Below, one piece after another: positions 1 to 9,881 of a DNA stretch of 64,000 bases. How positions within the stretch are numbered: the stretch's first letter is position 1; each line of letters opens with the position of its first letter. This DNA comes from an uncultured delta proteobacterium (lineage in GTDB: Bacteria; Myxococcota_A; Polyangia; Fen-1088): contig CAVTRY010000011.1 of assembly GCA_963737265.1 (NCBI GenBank), positions 640,001 through 704,000 on the forward strand, in the 5' to 3' direction. The notes beneath the pieces were generated by a model. The model worked only from the letters and a program-made list of their open reading frames with translations. It ran no database searches and had not been told where the DNA came from. Position numbers and translations under genes: made by a program.

Positions 1-1179
1 GGCCACGTACTTCTCGTTCAGCCAAATCAGAATCGGGCTGGCGATGAAGATCGACGAGTAGGTGCCGACGATCACGCCGACGTTCATGGCAAAGGCGAAG
101 TCGCGAATGACGCCGGTTCCGAAGATGTTCATGGCTAAGGTCACGAAAAACACCGTGGCGCTGGTCAGAATGGTGCGCGAAAGCGTCTCATTGATGGCGT
201 GGTTGACCACGCGATCGAACTTGCGGTCGCGATACTTGGCCGCGTTCTCGCGGATCCGGTCGAAGACGACGATGGTGTCGCTCATCGAGTAACCTATGAT
301 GGTCAAAAGCGCCGCCAGCGTGGTGAGCGAGAACTCTTTGTACGTCACCGCAAAGGCGCCCACGGTGATGACAGCGTCGTGAAGCAAGGCCACGATGGTG
401 CCGGGGCCGTAACGGAAGTCGAAGCGGAAGGCGACGTAGATGACGATGAGCAAAATGGCGCCCAAAAGCGCGCGCACACCGTCGACTTGTAGCTGCTTGC
501 CGGCCTTGGCGCCCACCGACGAGACCTGCGGAATGGCCTTGACGCTGCCCGCGCCCAGCTTGGCGTCGAGCGCCTTGCGAACCTCGCTGTCCATGCCGAT
601 CAGGGTCACTTCGTAGGTATTGTCCTGCGGTGGCCCGAAGGTCTGAACCTGCGCCGCCTCGGTGCCGGCGGATTTGAGCGCCGCCGCGATAGCGGTTGGC
701 TCGACATTCTTGTCAAAGCGGAGATAGACCTTGTCGCCGCCCTCCGAGGACTCGAACTTGTGCAGATTGGCGTCGCCCACGCGGGCGATGCCGGCCTCGA
801 CCTTCTTGGCCTGCTCGGCCGACAGGACGGAAACCGCGCCGAGCCGAATCATGTACGTGCTCGCGCTTTCCTCGCTGCCGACGCTGCCGTACTTCACCAC
901 ATCGGCGTTATGCAACCCGGCCGCCGACATGGCCTGCCGCACGTCGGAAGCATTCACGGCCTTGTTGAACTCGACCACGAGCTCGGTGCCGCCGCGAAAG
1001 TCGACGCCCCAGTTGAGCATGTGTCCCCGGTCCTTGAGGACGTAGGCGTTGATGGGAAGCATGAGGAAGGTGAGCAGCACGAGAACAATCGACGAGCCGA
1101 TCCAGTATCTCTGCCGGCCGATGAACTCGATATTGGTTCCCGACTTGATGACTTCGAAGAATTTCTGTTGCGCCGACAT
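1..1179 (-). CDS. secF: Protein translocase subunit SecF (3' end runs off the window)
   Basis: Minus-strand translation MSAQQKFFEVIKSGTNIEFIGRQRYW...NWGVDFRGGTELVVEF, and later GYSMSDTIVVFDRIREN. Lies directly downstream of secD. Confidence 0.95.
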   Translation of the reverse strand, partial: MSAQQKFFEVIKSGTNIEFIGRQRYWIGSSIVLVLLTFLMLPINAYVLKDRGHMLNWGVDFRGGTELVVEFNKAVNASDVRQAMSAAGLHNADVVKYGSVGSEESASTYMIRLGAVSVLSAEQAKKVEAGIARVGDANLHKFESSEGGDKVYLRFDKNVEPTAIAAALKSAGTEAAQVQTFGPPQDNTYEVTLIGMDSEVRKALDAKLGAGSVKAIPQVSSVGAKAGKQLQVDGVRALLGAILLIVIYVAFRFDFRYGPGTIVALLHDAVITVGAFAVTYKEFSLTTLAALLTIIGYSMSDTIVVFDRIRENAAKYRDRKFDRVVNHAINETLSRTILTSATVFFVTLAMNIFGTGVIRDFAFAMNVGVIVGTYSSIFIASPILIWLNEKYVA

Positions 1180-1197
1180 CGGTGAGTCTCCTGACTA

Positions 1198-2983
1198 CTA
1201 AATAGAAAGCGTAGCCTTGACCGTCCCGCGGCGGCTGACCAGCACGTCAAACATCCAGCGCGAGATCCACACCGACGTGAGCAAGTTGGTGACGATACCA
1301 ACCAGCAGCGTAACCGCGAATCCTCGAATGGGACCCGAACCGTAGGAATAGAGCACGATGCCGGCGACGAAGTTGGTGACGTGCGCGTCGAACACGGTCC
1401 AGAAGGCACGCTGAAAGCCAGCGTCCACCGCGGTGCGCGGCGACTTGCCGAGACGCAACTCTTCACGAATGCGTTCGTAGATGACGATGTTCGAGTCCAC
1501 CGCCATACCGATGGTCAGCACTAGCCCCGCGATCCCCGGCAAGGTTAGCGACGCTTCGAATGCCGCCAGGATGGCGATCATGAAAAGCATGTTGAGGGCC
1601 ATAGCGATGTTCGCGATGAACCCGGCCACGCGGTAGTAGATGATCATAAAGAGGATGACCGCCAGCGCGCCGATTCCCATCGAGGTTTTGGCCTTGTCGA
1701 TGGAATCCTGGCCCATGGTCGCGCCGACCTGGGTTTCGAACGACTTCTTGAGCGGCGCCGGCAAGGCACCGGAACGCAACACGCCGACGAGATCCTTGAC
1801 CTCTTGCTGAAGCTTGAACGGATCGCCGTAGCCGCCCATGGTGATGCGCCCGCGTTCGCCGATCTTGGACTCGATGACCGGCGCGCTGGTGATCTTCTCG
1901 TCAAGAACGACGGCCATTTTGCGGCCCACGTTCTCGCCGGTCAGCTTCTCCATCATGTTGGCGCCCTGGCGATTCATGGTGAACGCCACTTCCGGGCGGC
2001 CCATCTCGTCCCAGCTTTCGTCGGCGGCGGACAGGTATTCACCCGTGACGCCCGCGCGCTTCTTGAGCAGATACGTCCGGTAGTAACGGTCGGGCGTGCC
2101 CTCGCTGACTTCGCGCGGGCTCATCAGCTCAAGGCTAATCTCGCGATCGTTGGGAACCGCCAGATCGCCCGACAGCCCGGCGACGAACTTGTTGAGCTCT
2201 TCGCGATCTTTTTCCTTCACGCGCAGATAGACGTCCTCGTGCTGGGCGCCCGAGTGTTTCTCCGTCCACGATTCGGGAGCAACCGTGATCGCGCCGCCCT
2301 TAGGCACGGCGGCGGCAACCTTCTTCATGTAGTCCGAGCCGTCGTCCACGATCTTGAACTCGAGCTGGGCGGTGCGGCCGATGATGTTCTTGATGCGCTC
2401 GAAGTCCGCCGCCTTGAGGCCGGGCAGCTCGACCACGATATCTGTGCCCTTCTTGATGATGGTGGGCTCCGACACGCCGAACTTGTCGACGCGGCCGCGG
2501 ATGGTCTCGATGGCCTGGCGCAACGCCAGCTCCTCGACCTCGGCGACTCGGTCGGCGTCGTAGCGCAGCTTCACGATGCCGGTGCTCACGTCGCGGCTAA
2601 CCAGGTCCAGGTCGCGACGGAAAGGCTTCATGAGCTCGTCGTTCGAGCTTGGCGGCTTCGCCGGGAACCTTGAAGGTAAGGGTGATGTCGTCACGCCCAG
2701 ATCGAACCAGTGAGAAATCGGCGCCCTTCTTCTTCAGTGCATCGTCCACGTCGTTGGCCAGCCGGTCGACCTTGCTCGACACCGCCTTCTCGATGTTGAC
2801 CTCGTAAACGAGATGCAGCCCGCCCTGCAAATCCAGGCCGAGCTGAATGCGCTTCTTGAAGTACTTTTGAAAGAAGGCCGGCAGATTCTTGTCCTCGGTG
2901 ACCACGGTGGGTACCAAGTAAAGAGCGGCCAGGACGATTGCGGCCCCATAGAGGGCAGCCTTCCACCACCACGATCGTTCCAT
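1198..2983 (-). CDS. secD: Protein translocase subunit SecD, split by one frameshift near 2640
   Basis: N-terminal part (ORF 2597..3034) has LGLDLQGGLHLVYEV. C-terminal part (1198..2694) has GRVDKFGVSEPTI, LRSGALPAPL and GMAVDSNIVIYERIREEL. Confidence 0.93.
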
Positions 2984-3002
2984 CGAGTGTTCCTTGCTTC
3001 GG

Positions 3003-3380
3003 CTACGAGGCCTTGGCCTCAGTCTTGGGCCCATCCGACGTCGGCGTCTTCAGTCGCCCGGTGACAGCACTGCGCTGAACCCGTATGCGCACACCTTCTT
3101 GTACCTGCAGCGTGATCTCGTCGTCTTTGATTCCGGAGATGCGTCCGATCATGCCGCCGGTGGTGACCACCTCGTCCCCTTTTTTGAGATCGGAGAGCAT
3201 GCGCTGCGTTTCCTTCGCGCGTTTGGACTGCGGCCGGATGACCAGCAAATACATCACGCCGAAAATGAGCAGCATGGGGACGAGCATGCCCGTGAGGCCA
3301 CTGCCTCCACCGGACGACTGCCCCTGAGACGTGTTAGCTGCCTGAGCCAAGGAGAATAGAATTTGAGTCACGAGGGCCAA
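3003..3380 (-). CDS. yajC: Preprotein translocase subunit YajC
   Basis: MYLLVIRPQSKR...LKKGDEVVTTGGMIGRI motif; upstream of secD. Confidence 0.95.
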   Translation of the reverse strand: MALVTQILFSLAQAANTSQGQSSGGGSGLTGMLVPMLLIFGVMYLLVIRPQSKRAKETQRMLSDLKKGDEVVTTGGMIGRISGIKDDEITLQVQEGVRIRVQRSAVTGRLKTPTSDGPKTEAKAS

Positions 3381-3421
3381 CGATTAGCAGAGGGGCGATC
3401 CGGGGTCAAGCAAGGAACCTG

Positions 3422-4435
3422 CTACGCCTCGTCATAAGCGAAGGCCAAGACCTCGCGAATATGTGACGCACCGATGACCAACATGACCAAACGATCGAAG
3501 CCCAAAGCGATGCCGCAGGTGTCCGGCATGTGCGAAAGGGCCTCGATCAGCTTCTCGTCGATTGGGTAGACCGCACCGCCGCGCTGGCGCCGTACGGCCA
3601 CCTCGTGCTCGAAACGGGTGCGCTGCTCGACCGGATCCGTCAGCTCGCCGAACGCGTTCGCTAGCTCCAGCCCGGCCGCGTAAAGCTCGAATCGTTCCGC
3701 GGTCAAGGGATCGTCCGCCTTGCGCCGGGCCAGGGCCGCCATGGGCAACGGCCAGTCGAGAACGACCGTGGGACGCTCGACGCCAAGATGCGACTCGATG
3801 CGGTCGAGAAACACCTGATAAAAGATATCGTCCCAGCCCGCATCCGGTCCGACTCGGCAGCCCGCGCCTTCGGCAAGGTTTCGCAGCTCATCCCTGCCCT
3901 CGTCGCCGCGTAAGGTGAAGCCTGCGTGGCCACGAAACAATTCGCGCACAGTCGTGCGCGCGAAAGGCGAATCCAGAACGAGACGACTGTCCCCGTTCGG
4001 TCCGTGACGATTGGCAGGCACCGGAACCCATGGCCAATGGCCGACGGCACGCGCGGCGACCTCGACGATGGCCTCACAGTCGCGAATCAAGTCGTCGAGC
4101 GAGCCGCCCGCGCGGTACCACTCGACCATGGTGAATTCGGGCTGGTGGTTCGGGCCGGCTTCCTCGGCGCGAAAACAGCGGCAGAACTGCACGACGCGTG
4201 GCAGTCCCGCGGCCAACAGTCGCTTCATGTGATATTCGGGCGAAGTAATCAGATAGCGACCGTCGCTGGCTGGAATTGCATCGATGTGCACCTCCTGCCC
4301 GGGGGAAAAAACGCGTGTGGGCGTTTCGACCTCGAGAAAATCCTGCGCCTGAAAATAGCCGCGCACGGCTCGCATGGTGGCCGCGCGGGCCACCAGTGTC
4401 TCTTTTCGCATTGCGATCCGCGATCGCTCGTCCAC
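3422..4435 (-). CDS. epmA: EF-P lysine aminoacylase EpmA/GenX (start approximate)
   Basis: LysRS catalytic-domain-like motifs FLEVETP, YLITSPEYHMKRLL, HQPEFTMVEWY, ELANAFGEL, GIALGFDRL; no anticodon domain; adjacent to efp. Confidence 0.9.
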   Translation of the reverse strand: MDERSRIAMRKETLVARAATMRAVRGYFQAQDFLEVETPTRVFSPGQEVHIDAIPASDGRYLITSPEYHMKRLLAAGLPRVVQFCRCFRAEEAGPNHQPEFTMVEWYRAGGSLDDLIRDCEAIVEVAARAVGHWPWVPVPANRHGPNGDSRLVLDSPFARTTVRELFRGHAGFTLRGDEGRDELRNLAEGAGCRVGPDAGWDDIFYQVFLDRIESHLGVERPTVVLDWPLPMAALARRKADDPLTAERFELYAAGLELANAFGELTDPVEQRTRFEHEVAVRRQRGGAVYPIDEKLIEALSHMPDTCGIALGFDRLVMLVIGASHIREVLAFAYDEA

Positions 4436-4448
4436 GATCCTCGCGGGG

Positions 4449-5021
4449 TTACGCGCGGCCGACGCGCTCGAGGTACTCACCCGAGCGGGTGTCGATCTTG
4501 ATGATGTCGCCCTCGTTGATGAACAAGGGAACATTGACCGAGGCGCCGGTGCTGATCTTGGCGGGCTTGGTGACGCCGGTGGCGGTATCGCCGCGAAAGC
4601 CGGGCTCGGTGGCTTGAACCTTTTGCTCGATGAAATTGGGCAAGGTCACGCCGACGGCGCGGTCGTTGAAAAACAGGACTTCGACCACGATTTGCTCGGG
4701 CATGAAGCGCGAGTCGTCGCCGATGGTTTCCTCGGGAATATGGACCTGATCGTAGGTGCTCGTGTCCATGAAGACGAAGGTGTCGCCTTCCTTGTACAGA
4801 TACTGCATCTGCTTGGTCTCGACGTTGGCCGGTTCAAGTTTTTCACCCGAGCGCAAGTTGCGGTCGATGACCCCGCCGGTAAGCAAGTTCTTCAACTTGG
4901 TGCGCGTGAACGCCGCGCCCTTGCCGGGCTTGACGAACTGGAACTCGACCACCGTGAAAGGTGATCCGTCCAACATGACCTTGAGTCCCTTGCGAATATC
5001 GGAAGTGTCGTACGACGCCAT
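4449..5021 (-). CDS. efp: Elongation factor P
   Basis: FVKPGKGAAF loop, PGFRGDT, VPLFINEGDIIKIDTRSGEYLER. Confidence 0.97.
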   Translation of the reverse strand: MASYDTSDIRKGLKVMLDGSPFTVVEFQFVKPGKGAAFTRTKLKNLLTGGVIDRNLRSGEKLEPANVETKQMQYLYKEGDTFVFMDTSTYDQVHIPEETIGDDSRFMPEQIVVEVLFFNDRAVGVTLPNFIEQKVQATEPGFRGDTATGVTKPAKISTGASVNVPLFINEGDIIKIDTRSGEYLERVGRA

Positions 5022-5062
5022 GGATGGGCGGATTTAGCCTGCCCAGCCCGTAAGGTCAACAG

Positions 5063-6985
5063 TTACATCTCGGGCAAGGCGCACTTCGCGTTATGCGCGC
5101 GTATCCCGCGAAGCCCAGATTTGTTCGGCTGCGCGCCGCGGCCGACGCGTCTGACAGCCTCAAGATAGAGCGCCGCGGTCAGACACGTGTCGCCGTGAAG
5201 TGAAAATGCCTTTTCGAGTCGGTGCGCCGCCAGCTTGAAGTCCCTATCTCTGGTCGCCAGAACGCCAAGCACGTAGGACTCCACCGGGCCACCCTTTTCT
5301 CCACGTTGCTCGAGCGTCAAAAGGTCCGGCTTGGGTGGACCATCGGCTCGTGCCAAGGCGGCAAAGGCGCGGATGTCCCAGTCGATATCCTGGATCCCTG
5401 GGGGCAGTTCCTTAAGCGCGTTGGCCAGAGCCTCCATTCCTCCCCGGGCGTAGGCCAGGCGCAAAAACACGAGATCCCGCTCCGGTCCCGCCGGATGTTC
5501 CGTGAAGGGTGACGGCTGAACCGGCTCGCCGCGACCCAAGCGGACGGCGAGATCCGCCCACTGCAAAGCCATGGCTGACGGATCCGCGAGCTTGCGCGCG
5601 GCCACGAGCGTGTCTTCGGCCACGTCTATCTCGCCGAGCAGAGCCAGCAGCAACGAAGCTTGGCCAAGCAACTGCGGGTCTTCCGATGTCTGCGCCGCTG
5701 CTTTGGCCTTGCGCAAGGCCCCGACGCGGTCGCCTTCGAGGCGCGACTGGAGAGCGGATTCCACCGCGCACGTGGTGCGAATGTTGCGCGAGATCTTGGC
5801 GTCGCCTCGGCACGCGAGCTCGAGATTCTTGACCCAGTCGGTTTCGCCCAAGGCCCGCTCGGCGTCCGCCAGCAGAAGCCGAAGCCGAGAGTTGTCGCTG
5901 TTCTTTTCGAGCGCCGCCGCGAGCGCGCGCCGGGCAGCCACCGGGTCGCCTCCGTCAAGACGAGAAGCCGCCCAATCCGCGACGACAGGAGCGACGTCGG
6001 GTGCCATGCCGAGCGCCCGATCCAGGTCGCGCGCGGCCCCCGCGGCGTCGCCGGACAAGCTGCGCACACGAGCGGACGCAAGAAGGGCCCAGACGGGCGG
6101 GTCCGCTGCGACGGCGGACAGCGCCGCCTCCGCATGCCGTTTGGCGCCCGTCCGATCCCCGTCGGCCAGTGCGAGCAGGGCCCGCGTGGCGGCCGCCAAC
6201 GACGCGCGATCCTTGCTGACCTGTGCCTCCCCGCGCTCGTTCTCGGCCAACTTGAGCGCATCTTCGGCGTCCTTCTTCCCGGCCTCGACGCCGTAGTCCT
6301 GAATCAGGAACGCGTTGACCAGGGCCAGACGCGAGAACGAGTCCGAGTCTGGGGCGCCAGTGGCTAGGGCCATCCGCGCCACGTCGCGCGCGCGCATGAG
6401 CACTTCAAGCGTTCCCGAGGCTAGGGCCTTGTCCAGCTCTTCGCGCGGAGTCTCGCGCGGAGGCTTTGCGCTACCGTGCTGACTGAAAGCCGCGACGGCA
6501 GCCACGGCCGCCACCGCGCACGCAGCGACCGCCAGCACCGCCAGGTCGCGGCGCCGGTTGGGACGGCGAGAAAGGGCCGGACTCGACGGCGCGCGAACCG
6601 GAAATGGCGACTTGGGCAACGGCGTGGGCTCGGGCGCGACGCCGCTCTCGACCACCGACGGTGGCACGACCGACGGCGGAACAGCCCGCAATCCCAATCG
6701 GTGCTGATGGGTTTCCTCATCGGACGGGACGTCGGGAAGGGGCGCGGCTGGCCCGCCAGTCGACGTTCCGTCAAGCTCGTCGGCGTACTCCGCGAGGAAA
6801 TGGGCGCGTCCGCCATCGCCTCGCCGAAGCAGCACTTCGGCAAGCGCGCGGAAAGCCGCGGCGCACTCCGGTTGGCCTTGGCAAACCCTCAGCAGCACCC
6901 GCTGGGCAGTATCAATATGCCCCTGTCCGAGCAGGGTTCGCCCCAACTCGACTTCCTCTGCCATGTCGGTGGTGACTGCGATCAA
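5063..6985 (-). CDS. TPR-like, membrane-anchored hypothetical protein
   Basis: 640 aa Ala/Leu-rich helical repeats, Pro-rich linker, one TM segment. Confidence 0.65.
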   Translation of the reverse strand: MIAVTTDMAEEVELGRTLLGQGHIDTAQRVLLRVCQGQPECAAAFRALAEVLLRRGDGGRAHFLAEYADELDGTSTGGPAAPLPDVPSDEETHQHRLGLRAVPPSVVPPSVVESGVAPEPTPLPKSPFPVRAPSSPALSRRPNRRRDLAVLAVAACAVAAVAAVAAFSQHGSAKPPRETPREELDKALASGTLEVLMRARDVARMALATGAPDSDSFSRLALVNAFLIQDYGVEAGKKDAEDALKLAENERGEAQVSKDRASLAAATRALLALADGDRTGAKRHAEAALSAVAADPPVWALLASARVRSLSGDAAGAARDLDRALGMAPDVAPVVADWAASRLDGGDPVAARRALAAALEKNSDNSRLRLLLADAERALGETDWVKNLELACRGDAKISRNIRTTCAVESALQSRLEGDRVGALRKAKAAAQTSEDPQLLGQASLLLALLGEIDVAEDTLVAARKLADPSAMALQWADLAVRLGRGEPVQPSPFTEHPAGPERDLVFLRLAYARGGMEALANALKELPPGIQDIDWDIRAFAALARADGPPKPDLLTLEQRGEKGGPVESYVLGVLATRDRDFKLAAHRLEKAFSLHGDTCLTAALYLEAVRRVGRGAQPNKSGLRGIRAHNAKCALPEM

Positions 6986-7110
6986 GCGCGACCATAGTAC
7001 CTGCTCGACTATCGGCCGTCGACCGCCAACCGTCGGGTCGTCGGGTCAAGGGTAGAAGATGCGCGAAAATGAATGGCTGCGGCACGAGGTCGCCGAGGGC
7101 TCGCGCCGGG

Positions 7111-8282
7111 TCAGTTGCATTTCGGGAACTGCCTGCCCGAGTCCACGTCTTGTCCCTGGGTGTTGCCGACGGTGACGGTGATGATCCTTCCGGCGATGTC
7201 GGTCACCGTGCACGTGCCGCCGTTGATGTTCGGGCCAAAGTGCCAGGCGCCATAGCTCGTGCGCGAGCCCGTCTGACCGGCGCAGGTCACCGACGCAATC
7301 GGGAGGATCTCGTTCTCGATGTACATTTCGTTGTTGTTGCCGTTCTTGAGACGAACCATCACGTTGCCGTTGATTGGACAGGGAATGAACTTCCACTGGT
7401 TCTGATTTCTAAGCGACGGATCGCCCTTGACGCCGCCATTGTTCGCTGCCGACGTGCTGAGATCCAGGTGACCGGTCGGATTGTTCTGGCATGGCGTGTT
7501 TCCGGGAAACGGGCATTCGTCGACGATGGTCACGACGGCGCCGCCGATCTGCACACACGCGCCACAGCGATCGCTGGTGTTGAAGTCGCTCGAGCTGTTC
7601 CCCGGAATGGCCGCGTAGTACGCCGCATTGGCAATGTTGCGGATATTGTTGTCGCTCCCCATGTAGCCACACGCGGTCTGCGGGTTCGGCAAGGTGTATG
7701 TCGTGTAAGTCGCGCCTCCGGGTGTCCAATTGGACGGGAAGGTGCGCACGCCGTCGCTGCCGGGTTTCCGCCGGTTCCCGGCGCGCCACCTGTCGATGTG
7801 GCGCCGCCCAAGCCCGACCTTCCACCGCTGCCGTTGCCACCCGAGACGAAGCTTCCGCCAGAGGCGATTCCTCCCGAGGTGGAGCTTCCGCCGCCGCCCC
7901 TGCCGCCATTTTGCGACGTGCCCCCTCCCCCTCCCAATCCGCCGCCGGTTGCACTGTTGCCGCCTGAGCTACTCCCGGAGCTTCCGCCAGAACCGCCTTG
8001 TGATCCCATTTGGTCGACGGCCGCATCGCCTCGACCACCGCCGTTGCTGTTGGCGCCTCCACCACCCGATCCGACGGCACCGCCCGAGCTGTTCGATGCG
8101 CCACTGCCCCCCGATGCGCCGCTGGTGCGCGCCCCGCCCGCTCCACCGCTCCCGCTCTGCCCCCCGCTTGAAGTCGATTGCCCGCCCGTCGCCGAAACGC
8201 CGGAATCGCTCGCTGGATTGGTGGGCAGCAGGCATCCGGCGGCGACAGTGAGTGTCAAGAAGAGAATCGGAACTTTACGCAT
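7111..8282 (-). CDS. Expansin-like (EXLX1-type) lipoprotein with Gly/Ser linker; frameshift near 7750
   Basis: Lipobox VAAGC and Gly-rich linker (ORF 7530..8282), then TACGY...YYAAI...CGACV...VTIVDECP...HLDLS of the DPBB/expansin fold (ORF 7111..7749). Confidence 0.8.
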
Positions 8283-8438
8283 GAAACCCCTCGTCTAATT
8301 CAACAAACGATTAGTGCTTTGCGGGAAGGGATTCCGTCAAGCGGCATTCGGTGTCACCACGAAGAAACGCTTCGCCGAGGAGATCTCCCGCGAAAGCGGA
8401 GTTGACCGGGGCGCGACTTGCAAGGTAGGTCATTTGTC

Positions 8439-8816
8439 ATGAGGAGCTTCGGCCGGGCTTGGTCCCGTCTCTTCCCGCCCCGAAACGAGCGGCCTCGCGT
8501 GGTGGTCGTGCTGGTGTTGGTGGCCCTTTTGTCGTTGAGCTCGGCTCGTTTGGCCGTCGCGGATGTTCCGTCCGCCGCCGCGCCGACGCAGGGGGGCACG
8601 CCAGCGACCTTACAAGTCGCCACGGAGCCGGCCAACCCAGCGCTCGACCTGCGCGCTTCGGCGCCGCGCCAGCCGCAGCCTTCGGTGTTTACTAGATGGT
8701 GGTTTTGGACCGCGGTCGGTGCCGCGGCCGCCGCGACAGTCGCGGTGATCGTGGTTTCAAGTCGAGGCCACGCTCCGCCCGCGACCGACCTCGGCAACCA
8801 GGAGTTCCAGCCGTGA
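8439..8816 (+). CDS. Small membrane protein, myxobacterial type
   Basis: Signal-like N-terminus and a C-terminal PSVFTRWWFWTAVGAAAA TM motif; stop overlaps the next start (GTGA). Confidence 0.6.
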   Translation: MRSFGRAWSRLFPPRNERPRVVVVLVLVALLSLSSARLAVADVPSAAAPTQGGTPATLQVATEPANPALDLRASAPRQPQPSVFTRWWFWTAVGAAAAATVAVIVVSSRGHAPPATDLGNQEFQP

Positions 8817-9874
8817 ACCTACGCCGAACGCTAGTCTGCTTGCTTCCGCTTCTTGGAGCCTGCACGGACGATTCGTACGCCGTGGTGTCCGTGCTGGCCT
8901 CACCGGACCCCATCGATCGAGTGGCGCAGTTTCGCGTTCACGTCGGCGACGGTTCGGCGCAAGACACGCTCTACTATCCCAATCGACCCACGGCGAGGCT
9001 TCAGCTCGACGACACCAATCCGGTCACATTCTCGGTCGAGTTCAGCTCATCGCGTTCCGGCGACGCTTCCTTTGAAGTCGAGGCCCTCGACGCGAGCGGA
9101 AACACGCTTGGCTACGGCGAGACCACCGGAACCATCGTCAAAAACACTGTGGTCAGCGTGACGGTGTCGCTCGTCAAGGGCGCGCTTCGTCCGCAGTACG
9201 AGCCGGACGCTGGCGCGGCCGGAGATGGCGGTGTGCTTTCGTGCGATCCGTATGATCCCGCGCTCGCATGCGGCGTGGGCACAACCTGCGGTCTTTTGTG
9301 CAGCCCGGACCAACCAGCAGTGGGCATGTGCTATGCCGCCGGGGCAGAGAACCCAGGTGTCGCCTGCACGAGCAACAACGATTGCGTCCCGGGCTCGCAG
9401 TGCTTCACCTTCCCGGGCTGTTCGGTCAGAACCTGTCTCAAGTTTTGCGACCACGACGACACAAGCTGCGGCGAGCAGGGGTCGTACTGCAACATTCCCA
9501 TCCCATGCGGCACCACCGCGCAGGTTTTTGCCTGTTCGCGGCCCTGCGATCCCACCGGCAGCGGCACCACTGGATGCGCACCAGGACTGTCTTGTTTCGT
9601 CTACGCCGGCGAAACAACCGACTGCGCTTGCGCCGGACTAGGCACGCTAGGAACAGCGTGTACCCAAAATTCGGGCTGCAACGGCGACGGCAACTGCGCC
9701 GGCTGTCAAGCGGGATTGAGCTGCGTGGTTCCGACGGGGACGACGCCCGACGCTGGCGCTGCGGGCGGCGTTTGCCGAGCGATTTGTAACCTTGGCTCTC
9801 CGGTTTGCCCAGCCGGCACGACCTGCCACGCCTTCGACCAGTCTGTCGGCCGAGTCTTCGGCTTCTGCGAGTAA
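8813..9874 (+). CDS. Cys-rich lipoprotein
   Basis: GTG start, lipobox LLGAC, many Cys-rich repeats. Confidence 0.7.
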   Translation: MNLRRTLVCLLPLLGACTDDSYAVVSVLASPDPIDRVAQFRVHVGDGSAQDTLYYPNRPTARLQLDDTNPVTFSVEFSSSRSGDASFEVEALDASGNTLGYGETTGTIVKNTVVSVTVSLVKGALRPQYEPDAGAAGDGGVLSCDPYDPALACGVGTTCGLLCSPDQPAVGMCYAAGAENPGVACTSNNDCVPGSQCFTFPGCSVRTCLKFCDHDDTSCGEQGSYCNIPIPCGTTAQVFACSRPCDPTGSGTTGCAPGLSCFVYAGETTDCACAGLGTLGTACTQNSGCNGDGNCAGCQAGLSCVVPTGTTPDAGAAGGVCRAICNLGSPVCPAGTTCHAFDQSVGRVFGFCE

Positions 9875-9881
9875 GCGCTAA

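Noticed and set aside
1198-2983. Programmed frameshifting or pseudogenisation of secD (also expansin, sulfatase, CBM-like gene and hicA)
   Set aside because: Many unrelated genes each carry a single indel with otherwise intact sequence; sequencing or assembly error is the simplest explanation.
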